Notes: generated from the sequence alone by a model not told the origin. A stretch of DNA of 46,976 bases from Gammaproteobacteria bacterium (GCA_024276095.1 JAJRXW010000266.1:1-46976), one strand, 5' to 3'. Shown: positions 9,955-18,663, counted from the stretch's first letter. A program made the numbers and translations.

Positions 9955-12211
9955 AGTGAAACAGTTCCGCCCGCTTGACCAGTTCATCCAGCCCGGGCTC
10001 GTCCGGATTCAGCGGCTTGCCCGGATGGATGATACAAACCTGGCAGCTTTCCGCGGCCTCGACCAGTTCGCGGAAAGTACCCGCGCTCAGGTCGGCGATG
10101 TAGGCCTGCTTGTTCTCATCGTAGGCAAACATGCGGTTATTGCGGTCCGTACACTCATCGCAAGTCGTGCATCTGGGTGTTTCGATGTAGGCCTCATCCG
10201 GGGACGGGCCTGCCGGCGACTGTTCTTCAGCCTCTTCCGTCCCGGCAGTCTGAGCCACGCCGGCCTGCCCGGCCGGCTCTTGTTCCGGTTCAGGGCCAGC
10301 CGCAACACCGGTCTGCTCCAGATCGATACTGAGCTGTTGCAGTTCCTGCGCTTTTTCCTGCTCCCAGGACGCCCGTTCACGGGCCAGCAGCGCCGCCGCG
10401 TGAGAGTTGTTGATCCCGCCCTGCTCCTGCAGCGTACGCCATTGCTCACCGCAACGCCTGGCAACACGAATCAGCGTATCGTCCACCACCAGCCGGTGCA
10501 GAATATCGTCACCGTCGACGACCAGCACATACGGCACCTTGTCGGCAGCGGCGTGCTCATCCAGTTCCAGGTAATCACTGACCGGCACCATGTCGTCGTT
10601 CCAGCTGTCGGGTGCCACGTCGGCAAAGTGCTCCGCATAACGCAGGTCGGTCACCGCGAAGTCCGCGGGCGTCATGGCGATATCGACAATGTTTCTCTGC
10701 AGTTCGTGATCTTCGTACGCCAGCTCGTGGTGTGACCAGGCCTGCTCGATCTGCGGGTTGTGCTGCACATGAAAACGCATGGCCAGGTCCTGGCCCGCAG
10801 ATGGATCGAAGCTGAAAGCAGGGAACGCCCGTGACTCCATTGCCGATGCAGCAACCAGGTAAGGCGGCAGGCCGGGAGTCATCTCCGGCGAACCTGAAAA
10901 AATACTGAACAACGACGGGCCGGTATATGTCAGCCCGGCGGCGATTTCCGCACGCAGCTGGTACAGGCCGGCGCTCACCGACTGCAGGACATAGGCACTG
11001 CCCAGCCCGGTCACGATACCTGCCAGCTGGTGGCCACGCAGGCCGTTGGGAACGTTGCGCTCGAACGGCGCTGCCTCGCCGAGCGTATCGCCAACCTGTA
11101 TCACGATATTCATCGGCAGATCGGAAGACAGTATCTCCATCAGGTCGGCCTGCGCCCGCCCGGCACAGTCCTGCTCGTGAAGACAAATCAGATAGGCGGG
11201 AAACAACGACAGATCTTTCGTCCCCAGCATCCCGGCATCGAAGCGCTGGAAAAACGGATCGTGCGCCGATTCGACATACCGGTTGTCTATCTCCAGTTCC
11301 GCGATCATCATTGCCTTGACCAGCTCGGCCATATCTTCCAGCCGTTCCCGGTAAGCTTTCAGGGCGTTGGCAACACTGCTGAAAACAAAGCGGAACTGCG
11401 TCTTGTTGCGCAGGCGCTTCGCACCGGTACTGCGGGCAGCAAAGAACTTTTGCGTCTCGAGCACCGATAAAGCCGACTGAATGCGTCGTCTGCGCCCGGC
11501 CGGCAGCATCCGTTGCGGAGTCGCCTGGTTCAGCAGCCGTGACATCAGCTCAAAATCGAACGCATCCTGGTAGCGCTCGCCCAGGGAGTTCTTGAGGTTC
11601 TGTGGCGTCCGGGCACCGGCGGCCTTGAGGTCATCGACTTTAAGAATTTCTCCGAGCTTGTGCGTCAGCAGGTCTATTCGCTCCAGGGCAGCGCGCGTCC
11701 GGCTGCTCTCCGCCATGGCCCACAGATGCTCGAACAACCGTGCCGGCAACTGTTCATCGCAGCCGACCACCGGACCATCGATATCCAGCCTGGCCCGTGC
11801 AGCCTGCAGACTGTCCCGGAGCAGCTCCCGGCCTCCGTTGCCGTCACCCGACAGCAGTGCTTTTTCGGCCTGGGCCCACAGTTTGCTCAGCGAACCCTCC
11901 GCACCGTCTGCAACCTGCTCCCGAATCGTGGTCTCAAGCCGCAAAATGTGTTCCCGGTAGCGTTTTCCGGAAATACCCGGCGGGGCAATTTCCTGCAGCA
12001 CCGCGTCGATGACATCCGACAGTGAAATGAGCGGTTCCGGACTGCCCTGCGTCACCAGCACCAGTGGAAAATCATGCCGCAGGCGCGCCAACCGGCGATA
12101 GGGGGCCAGCAAAGCGGAGCAGGTGCCCGGTGTCGCCGGGGACGGCAGCTCCGTGCCGATATGCTGCCCGGTGCGGTGAAATTCGACCATTTGCTGAAAT
12201 TCGACACTCAT
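9953..12211 (-). CDS. Large uncharacterised protein (~752 aa) with an acidic linker and a C-terminal mono-cluster [4Fe-4S]/[3Fe-4S] ferredoxin-like domain
   Basis: Long ORF co-oriented with korB, 17 nt downstream of it. I prefer the ATG at 12211 (MSVEFQQ..., preceded by GCAGG) over the track start at 12244, which overlaps korB. The C-terminus PRCTTCDECTDRNNRMFAYDENKQAYI...SCQVCIIHPGKP has the CxxCxxC...C spacing of single-cluster ferredoxins. The N-terminal ~650 aa show no motif I can name. Confidence 0.8.
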   Translation of the reverse strand: MSVEFQQMVEFHRTGQHIGTELPSPATPGTCSALLAPYRRLARLRHDFPLVLVTQGSPEPLISLSDVIDAVLQEIAPPGISGKRYREHILRLETTIREQVADGAEGSLSKLWAQAEKALLSGDGNGGRELLRDSLQAARARLDIDGPVVGCDEQLPARLFEHLWAMAESSRTRAALERIDLLTHKLGEILKVDDLKAAGARTPQNLKNSLGERYQDAFDFELMSRLLNQATPQRMLPAGRRRRIQSALSVLETQKFFAARSTGAKRLRNKTQFRFVFSSVANALKAYRERLEDMAELVKAMMIAELEIDNRYVESAHDPFFQRFDAGMLGTKDLSLFPAYLICLHEQDCAGRAQADLMEILSSDLPMNIVIQVGDTLGEAAPFERNVPNGLRGHQLAGIVTGLGSAYVLQSVSAGLYQLRAEIAAGLTYTGPSLFSIFSGSPEMTPGLPPYLVAASAMESRAFPAFSFDPSAGQDLAMRFHVQHNPQIEQAWSHHELAYEDHELQRNIVDIAMTPADFAVTDLRYAEHFADVAPDSWNDDMVPVSDYLELDEHAAADKVPYVLVVDGDDILHRLVVDDTLIRVARRCGEQWRTLQEQGGINNSHAAALLARERASWEQEKAQELQQLSIDLEQTGVAAGPEPEQEPAGQAGVAQTAGTEEAEEQSPAGPSPDEAYIETPRCTTCDECTDRNNRMFAYDENKQAYIADLSAGTFRELVEAAESCQVCIIHPGKPLNPDEPGLDELVKRAELFH

Positions 12212-12228
12212 AACCTGCTTACACCCCG

Positions 12229-13194
12229 TCAAACCATGGGCCAAATCGTAAATTTGTCCAGCTCCTCTTCCAAGCCGGCGCTGACCATTGCCGGGGTCTG
12301 CAGCTGCCTGGACCGGCGCAGGTCTTCATAACAGGGCACATCGGGATTGCGATAGAGAATGCCCACCGGAATCCGTTCGCTGGTACCGACAAGCTCCCGG
12401 GCCTGGATGAGATCCATCGGATCATGGTCTGCCGTTTGCCGGTACACGCTCGACAGCGCCGTGCTCATTTGCACGCCATCCTCGTGGGTCAATATCAGCA
12501 TCCGGTCCGGATCCTGCACCCAGGGTTCGAAATGATCGGGCAGAAATTCCGGGCAACGCTGCAAAATGCGAATAAACGAAAATCCATGGTGATGGAAAGC
12601 CAGCGAAATGATTTTGTACAGCAGCTCCGGAATCCAGTCAGCGGCCTGGGCCACGAAGGAAAGATTGGACATGCCGAGTGTCGCTATCAAAGGATCGAAT
12701 GCCGCAAGATCCGAGCCCCGTGGCGTGGTGTTGCTGCGCGTCCCCTGCGGCGAAGTCGGCGAAGCCTGTTTCTTGGTCAGACCGTAGATGTTGTTGTCGT
12801 GCATCATCACGGTCATATCCATGTTGTAACGTGCCGCATGAAGCCAGTGTGCAGCACCGATGCTGCAGCAGTCGCCATCGCCGGTATTGACGAAAACGTG
12901 TAGATCGGGCCGGCGCATCTTGATGCCCTCTGCAACAGGCAATGCCCGACCATGCAAACCGTGAAAGCCATAGGTGCCCATGTAATGGGGAAAGCGGCTG
13001 GAGCAGCCGATTCCGGACACGAAAACGACTTTCTCCAGCGGCAACTGCTCGTCGCGCAGCAGCCGCTGTACGGCGGTAAGAATTCCCAGGTCTCCGCACC
13101 CGGTGCACCACCGCGGAGCACAGCCCTCATAGTCTTCCAGGGCCAGCGCTTCTTCGGCAGAGCGCGGTAAAAAATCGACGGCACGTAACGCCAT
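12229..13194 (-). CDS. korB: 2-oxoglutarate (2-oxoacid):ferredoxin oxidoreductase beta subunit
   Basis: N-terminal Cys motif WCTGCGDLGI..., TPP-binding GDGDCCSIG...N..YG motif, typical ~320 aa, immediately downstream of the alpha subunit. Confidence 0.9.
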   Translation of the reverse strand: MALRAVDFLPRSAEEALALEDYEGCAPRWCTGCGDLGILTAVQRLLRDEQLPLEKVVFVSGIGCSSRFPHYMGTYGFHGLHGRALPVAEGIKMRRPDLHVFVNTGDGDCCSIGAAHWLHAARYNMDMTVMMHDNNIYGLTKKQASPTSPQGTRSNTTPRGSDLAAFDPLIATLGMSNLSFVAQAADWIPELLYKIISLAFHHHGFSFIRILQRCPEFLPDHFEPWVQDPDRMLILTHEDGVQMSTALSSVYRQTADHDPMDLIQARELVGTSERIPVGILYRNPDVPCYEDLRRSRQLQTPAMVSAGLEEELDKFTIWPMV

Positions 13195-13205
13195 TTCCGG
13201 TACCT

Positions 13206-15095
13206 CTATTGTTCCCGATCCAGGTGTTGGCGAATAATCCGCTCAACCGTACCGGGCTTGATCGGCTGCTCGCCGACTTCGCCCCAGCAGTCCACATCGA
13301 TCAGGTATTTTGCCCGCAGTAGCCACGCCAGGCTGGAGTAACGGCGGTTATCCTCATCGATCATCGCGTCATCCAGGCTGTCGGCCCAGTTGTTTTCAAC
13401 GGCCAGCACCCTGTCGAAGCGCTGCAGAATCTCCTTGATGCCCGAAGCCATCGGCTGCAAAAAGCGCAGGTGCAGTGCGGAAACACTGCGACCATCCGCC
13501 CGCACCCGGTCGACGGCTTCCCGAATCGCGCCTTTGGTACTGCCCCAGCCGATGACCAGCAGTTCACCTTCATCGTCACCGAATACCGGCGGCGGTTTCA
13601 GCGTCTTCTGCAGGGCAGCCAGTTTCAGGCTGCGGTGCTGGATCGCATCCCTGTTGATCTCCAGGTTATAGGCGACGCTGCTGGTGCGGTCATGGGCAAG
13701 ACCGGTCAGCGTATGCATGCCGTTGGGTTGACCGGGTATGAACCGGTTGCTCTGGCCGGTACCTGCATCCCAGTCATAGGGTTCGTCGTCATCATGTACC
13801 GGACTCTGATCGACGGGCGGGGCCAGCCACTCTTCGCTGAACTGCGGTCGCGTAAACGGCTGCTGGGCCGTTGCAAGACTCGCGTCCGACAGCAGCACGA
13901 CAACCGTATTGAAAGTTTCGGCAATCTTGCGGGCTGTAATCACCGAGTAAAAACAGTCTTCGATATCGGAGGCAGCCATCACCACCTTGGGGGCATCGCC
14001 ATGGCTGCCGAAAATAGCCGTCATCAGGTCGCCCTGCTCGGCCTTGGTGGGCTGCCCGGTAGACGGCCCGCCGCGCTGCACGTCGATCACCACCAGCGGA
14101 ATCTCCGTCATCACGGCAAGACCGATACATTCCTGTTTCAGCGAATAACCGGGGCCGGAGGTAATCGTAACCGCGCACTTGCCGGCATATGAGGCACCGA
14201 TCGCGAATGCACAGGCGGCGATTTCATCTTCCGCCTGGTGCACGACGCCGCCCACCTTCTCGAATACGTCGCTAAGATAATGTGACACGGAAGTGGCAGG
14301 CGTTATGGGATACATGGAGCACACCTCCATGCCGGATGCCATGATGCCCAGCCCCAGCGCGATGTTTCCGCTGACTACGATGTGCGCTTCTTTTGCCGGA
14401 GTGGTCGGAATCTTGTATTTAAAATCGAGATTGTTCTCGGCCCATGTCCAGCCGGCTTCCAGCAGCCGGTTGTTGGACGTTACCACCAGCTCTCCTTTCC
14501 TGCCGAAAATAAACTGGATCTGTTCTTTGGCCAGCTGCATGTCGAGACTGTAAAGGCTGCACAACAGCCCCAGGACGAACATGTTTTTCCCGCGCCGTGG
14601 GTCTGAAACGAGTTTCAGACATTCGACCTCCATCGGAACCTCGTAGACACAAAAGCCCCTGGCCAACAGGTCGTCATATACGCGGGTATAGGAGGCGACG
14701 ATCCCGGCGTCCGGACTGGTCCGCCACTTGTCCTCCAGCAAAATAATACAGCCGGGCTTGAGTTCGTTGGCCTGCAGTCTGCCCAGCAAAACCTGTTCGT
14801 TGAACGCTACGACCAGGTCCGCCTGATCACCGCCGTTCGCCACCGGATGCCCGGCAACCCTGATACGGTTACCGCTGCCTCCTTCGATGCTGCGCGCCGG
14901 GGGCTGGATTTCAGCCGGAATAATTTCCAGTGTCCAGATTCCCTTGCCCATCTTCGCAGCGATCGAGCCGAAAGACTGCCCGCACTTTTGCGCGCCCTCG
15001 CCGGAATCGCTGAGGATCTCGACAATGTGCTCGTCAATCGCCATGGCCGGTTTGCTGACCGGCGAGCGCGGAACCGATTGTTTCCTGGTGGACAT
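13206..15095 (-). CDS. korA: 2-oxoglutarate (2-oxoacid):ferredoxin oxidoreductase alpha subunit
   Basis: 629 aa. Gamma-like domain at the N-terminus (SGEGAQKCGQSFG...), then the pyrimidine-binding domain (YPITPATS...HQAEDEIAA...GASYAGKCAVTITSGPG). GGAGAA RBS 4 nt (spacer GCC) before the ATG. Confidence 0.9.
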   Translation of the reverse strand: MSTRKQSVPRSPVSKPAMAIDEHIVEILSDSGEGAQKCGQSFGSIAAKMGKGIWTLEIIPAEIQPPARSIEGGSGNRIRVAGHPVANGGDQADLVVAFNEQVLLGRLQANELKPGCIILLEDKWRTSPDAGIVASYTRVYDDLLARGFCVYEVPMEVECLKLVSDPRRGKNMFVLGLLCSLYSLDMQLAKEQIQFIFGRKGELVVTSNNRLLEAGWTWAENNLDFKYKIPTTPAKEAHIVVSGNIALGLGIMASGMEVCSMYPITPATSVSHYLSDVFEKVGGVVHQAEDEIAACAFAIGASYAGKCAVTITSGPGYSLKQECIGLAVMTEIPLVVIDVQRGGPSTGQPTKAEQGDLMTAIFGSHGDAPKVVMAASDIEDCFYSVITARKIAETFNTVVVLLSDASLATAQQPFTRPQFSEEWLAPPVDQSPVHDDDEPYDWDAGTGQSNRFIPGQPNGMHTLTGLAHDRTSSVAYNLEINRDAIQHRSLKLAALQKTLKPPPVFGDDEGELLVIGWGSTKGAIREAVDRVRADGRSVSALHLRFLQPMASGIKEILQRFDRVLAVENNWADSLDDAMIDEDNRRYSSLAWLLRAKYLIDVDCWGEVGEQPIKPGTVERIIRQHLDREQ

Positions 15096-15104
15096 GGCTT
15101 CTCC

Positions 15105-16607
15105 CTAGCCCAGCCGAACGCGCGTGAACGTCCGTTCTTCGAGACCGATGCCAAACAGCTTGCTGTCGCTGCCGGTTTGCGGCGCCTGATAGACCGTTTC
15201 CGAATCGCGTATGCCAAGGTAGGCTTTCATGCTGCGTGCCGCCTCCCGGCCGGTACCCATGGCCAGAATGACGGTCGCGGCGCCCGTTACGATGTCACCG
15301 CCGGCATAGACACCCGCCATTGACGTGGCGAAATGCTCGTCGGTCTGGATATAACCCCATTTGTTCAGCTCGATCTTCGATGTCTGGCCGATGATCGGGT
15401 TGGCATTGGTTCCAATCGCATACACCACCGTATCGATCGCAAATTCGAAATCGCTGCCCTCGATCGGTATCGGACGGCGCCGGCCGGAATCATCCGGCTC
15501 ACCCAGTTCCATACGGACGCAACGCATCGCGCGCACGTTGTTCTCGCCGTCATCCAGGATCTCGACCGGCAGCGTCAGCCACTCGAACTGGATACCTTCT
15601 TCTTCGGCATGTTCGATCTCTTCTTCGCGGGCCGGGCTCTCTTCGCGGGTGCGCCGATAGATACAATAAACCTGCTCCGCCCCGGCCCGCAGCGAAACCC
15701 GCAGTGCATCCATCGCCGTGTTGCCGGAACCGATGACGGCAACACGCTTGCCCAGACCCAGCGGCGTATCGTATTTGGGAAACTCGGTGGCACCCATCAG
15801 GTTACAGCGTGTCAGCAGTTCATTGGCAGACAACACGCCATTGAGCGATTCCCCGCCAATCCCCATGAAACTCGGATACCCGGCACCGGTACCGATGAAT
15901 ACGGCGTCGAAACCGAGTTCATCGAGCATCTGCTCGACCGTGAACAGCCGTCCGGCGAGCATATTGCATTCGATCCTGACGCCGAGGCGGGTGAGATTTT
16001 CCAGTTCGGCATCGAGCACACCGTTGGGCAGGCGAAACTCGGTAATACCGTAGCGCAGCACGCCGCCCGCTTTGTGCAGGGCTTCATAGATTGTGACATC
16101 GCAACCGGCCTTGGCCATGTCCGCCGCACAGGCCATACCGGCAGGACCTGAACCGATGATGCCCACCCTGAGCCCGTTGGGCTCGATGTATGGCGTATTG
16201 TCCCAATGCTCGTGGATTGCCGTATCGCCCACCCAGCGTTCGAGCCGCCCGATGGCCACCGGTTTGAGTTTATCGCCGACCGGGCAAACCCCCTCACACT
16301 GGTCCTCCTGCGGACATACCCTGCCGCAGATCGCCGGCAGCAAAGTGGAATCGGTGAGGATGTCGTAGGCGCCGCGAAAATCCTTTGCCGCAATCCTGGT
16401 AATAAACCCGGGAATATCGATGTTCACGGGACAGGCCGGGACACACTCCGGATTCGGACAAACGAGGCAGCGCTCGCTCTCGTTCAGTGCATCCACTTCG
16501 CGATAGCCCAAAGTCACTTCATCGAAATTGCCGACCCGCACCGCCGGGTCCTGTGTCGGTATCGAGGTCCTTTCCTGCGGAATGCTGCGAATGGTTTTCT
16601 TGCCCAT
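15105..16607 (-). CDS. GltD/NfnB/SudA-family NAD(P)H-dependent iron-sulfur flavoprotein (glutamate synthase small-subunit-like)
   Basis: ERCLVCPNPECVPACPVNIDIPGFI plus a second Cys cluster CGRVCPQEDQCEGVC, two dinucleotide folds (VGIIGSGPAGMACA and VAVIGSGNTAMDA), and GGD near the C-terminus. Its start codon abuts the upstream stop (TAGATG). Confidence 0.85.
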   Translation of the reverse strand: MGKKTIRSIPQERTSIPTQDPAVRVGNFDEVTLGYREVDALNESERCLVCPNPECVPACPVNIDIPGFITRIAAKDFRGAYDILTDSTLLPAICGRVCPQEDQCEGVCPVGDKLKPVAIGRLERWVGDTAIHEHWDNTPYIEPNGLRVGIIGSGPAGMACAADMAKAGCDVTIYEALHKAGGVLRYGITEFRLPNGVLDAELENLTRLGVRIECNMLAGRLFTVEQMLDELGFDAVFIGTGAGYPSFMGIGGESLNGVLSANELLTRCNLMGATEFPKYDTPLGLGKRVAVIGSGNTAMDALRVSLRAGAEQVYCIYRRTREESPAREEEIEHAEEEGIQFEWLTLPVEILDDGENNVRAMRCVRMELGEPDDSGRRRPIPIEGSDFEFAIDTVVYAIGTNANPIIGQTSKIELNKWGYIQTDEHFATSMAGVYAGGDIVTGAATVILAMGTGREAARSMKAYLGIRDSETVYQAPQTGSDSKLFGIGLEERTFTRVRLG

Positions 16608-17690
16608 CTACTTCGCTCCGGCGGCCGTCTTCCAGGCATCCATGGCCTGGGATTCCTGTTGTTTAAACCGCCCCAGTCGATTCATCAGATCGTCGAAATC
16701 GACCTTGTGCCCGTCAAACTCCGGGCCATCTACGCAGGCGAACTTCGTCTCGTCGCCGACAATGACGCGACAGCCCCCGCACATACCCGTGCCGTCAACA
16801 ACAATGGGGTTCATGCTGACGATGGTCTCAACCTTGTAGGGACGGGTCGTCTCCGCACAGGCTTTCATCATGATCGGCGGACCGATGGCAACCACCCGAT
16901 CGACGTCGGGATGTTTTTCCAGGGCGGCCTCTACACCGAGCGTAACGCGGCCCTTGATGCCCACCGAGCCATCGTCCGTGCAGATGATCAGCTCATCGCA
17001 ATACTGCCGGAACCGGTCTTCCCAGAAAATCAGCTGCCTGTTCCTGAAACCGACCACACCGATAACATATGCACCGCTTTGCTTGAACGCGCGCAACTGG
17101 GGAAAGATGGGCGCAACACCGAGGCCGCCACCGACACAAACGACTTTTTTGGTATCGAGATGACTGGGGAAGCCCATCGGCCCGGCGACGCTGTACAGTC
17201 GTGACCCGGCCTGACAGCGCTGCTGCATTTCCCGCGTCGACTTTCCGACCGCCTGGATAACCAGCGTGATGGTCCCGGCCACCCGATCGAAATCTGCGAT
17301 AGTCAGCGGCACACGTTCTCCGCGCTGGTGTGAAATCACGATGACGAACTGGCCCGGTTGCGCGGCCCGGGCCAGCATCGGTGCGGACACTTCCAGCAGG
17401 AAGGTGACGTCGGAGAAGTCTTTCCGGGTGACGACTTCATAACCGGTGCCCGGGGGCGGATCCACGGACGTGCTGCATGCAGTAGCAGCGGCGCGCTGCT
17501 CACGCGCCTGTCTGATTTTACTGCGGAATTCCTCAACAACTGCCTGGCGCGCAGTCTGGGCGGTTTTCAAATCACGCGTCTGGAGCGACCGGCGCAGATC
17601 ACAGCCCAGCGAATCGCGCAGCGGGCGCGGTACCGCAACCTTGACCCACCAGATCTGGTCGCGCTTGAAAAGGTATTTCGTGTCGCTCAT
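16608..17690 (-). CDS. NfnA/SudB/PyrK-like FAD/[2Fe-2S] electron-transfer subunit carrying an unusual ~80-aa basic N-terminal extension
   Basis: Residues ~85-360 match the ferredoxin-NADP reductase-like fold (GQFVIV...ERVPLTIADFD, VCVGGGLGVAPIFP) and the PyrK-type cluster motif DGTGMCGGCRV...CVDGPEF. The ATG at 17690 follows GGGGG at 7 nt. No ATG start exists near residue 80; a GTG codon at residue ~76 lacks a visible RBS. Confidence 0.8.
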   Translation of the reverse strand: MSDTKYLFKRDQIWWVKVAVPRPLRDSLGCDLRRSLQTRDLKTAQTARQAVVEEFRSKIRQAREQRAAATACSTSVDPPPGTGYEVVTRKDFSDVTFLLEVSAPMLARAAQPGQFVIVISHQRGERVPLTIADFDRVAGTITLVIQAVGKSTREMQQRCQAGSRLYSVAGPMGFPSHLDTKKVVCVGGGLGVAPIFPQLRAFKQSGAYVIGVVGFRNRQLIFWEDRFRQYCDELIICTDDGSVGIKGRVTLGVEAALEKHPDVDRVVAIGPPIMMKACAETTRPYKVETIVSMNPIVVDGTGMCGGCRVIVGDETKFACVDGPEFDGHKVDFDDLMNRLGRFKQQESQAMDAWKTAAGAK

Positions 17691-17743
17691 GGGTTAACCC
17701 CCATCGCAGCGACCCGGCCTGCGACCGGGTTGAAGCGCCAACA

Positions 17744-17879
17744 TGTACCTTCAATAATACTTATTGAATACCAGCAGGTTTTCTGTCGCTACTGTCTGTA
17801 CCTTACACCCAGCGAAAGATCTGTACCTTTTTTGTACGGAGTGCTGGTGGACAGAAAACACTGAACCTACCTGTACCTT
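17744..17879 (+). repeat. Four direct copies of TGTACCTT in the nfnA-like/ahpD-like divergent intergenic region
   Basis: Exact octamers at 17744, 17797, 17822 and 17872, spaced 53, 25 and 50 bp. Three are preceded by C (CTGTACCTT). Confidence 0.6.
17750..17768. promoter_or_regulatory. Perfect 8-3-8 palindrome TTCAATAA-TAC-TTATTGAA upstream of the kor/nfn operon
   Basis: Read directly. It lies ~60 bp upstream of the 17690 start codon and overlaps the first TGTACCTT copy. Candidate dimeric regulator site. Confidence 0.4.
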
Positions 17880-18026
17880 TAACACCTTGAACCGAATTGA
17901 GGCCATTGGAAATAGGTAGAAGCCGCAGTCGGGCAATCGGCTTTCGCCTTTCTTCGCAACCCTCGGAGTGTTAGATTCATTACACACCTTCCAGTTGCAA
18001 ATACCGATCACTCCGGGAGGGCAGTC

Positions 18027-18584
18027 ATGCCGATAACACCCCAGGAAAGAAAACTGGTTACCATTGGTGTCGCCGTTGCATGCGGTTGCAAAACCTGCAT
18101 ACGCGAAGACATGATGGCGGCGGGTTCACTCCAGGTCACCGCGCAGGAAATCTCCGACACTGTTGCCCTGGCCATCGCGATTCGCCGCGAAACCACCGAC
18201 TATATTGAAAAACTCGCACTGACAGGGCTTGACCAGGTCCTCAGTCCGGAAGCGCCTGCCGGTGAACCCGATCAGCAGCGTATTGAAACGCTGGTATCCG
18301 TAGGTGCCGCTTTTGCCCTGAACTATGCTCGTGGACTGAGAAAACACCTGGCAATCGCGAAGACACTGGAGATTCCCGACAGCGATCTTCGCGAGGTCAC
18401 CGGCTTGTCCAACTTCATGAAGTCGGTGGCGGCATCGCATGTCGAACACGCCATGTGCCCCGATGAGTACGAAGACAATTCCGATACCCTGGCCGAACTC
18501 CATACGCCGTTCGGCCCCGAGCACTGTGCATGGGCGCACCTGTGCAAACCCTATGCAGTGAGGGCCGCCGGCTCACCGGCCTGA
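18027..18584 (+). CDS. Carboxymuconolactone decarboxylase (AhpD-like) family protein, apparently two-domain
   Basis: RBS GGGAGG precedes the ATG. N-terminal KLVTIGVAVACGCKTCI (CxxC in a helical context typical of AhpD/CMD) and a second similar helical half (LVSVGAAFALNYARGL). Family call is only moderately supported. Confidence 0.5.
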   Translation: MPITPQERKLVTIGVAVACGCKTCIREDMMAAGSLQVTAQEISDTVALAIAIRRETTDYIEKLALTGLDQVLSPEAPAGEPDQQRIETLVSVGAAFALNYARGLRKHLAIAKTLEIPDSDLREVTGLSNFMKSVAASHVEHAMCPDEYEDNSDTLAELHTPFGPEHCAWAHLCKPYAVRAAGSPA

Positions 18585-18663
18585 GCAACGGCGCGGGCGA
18601 GCGTCCGGAATTGTGAATCAGGCGCGTCGATCCTGCGCCACAGGAACTGCATCCCGCCGCGGG

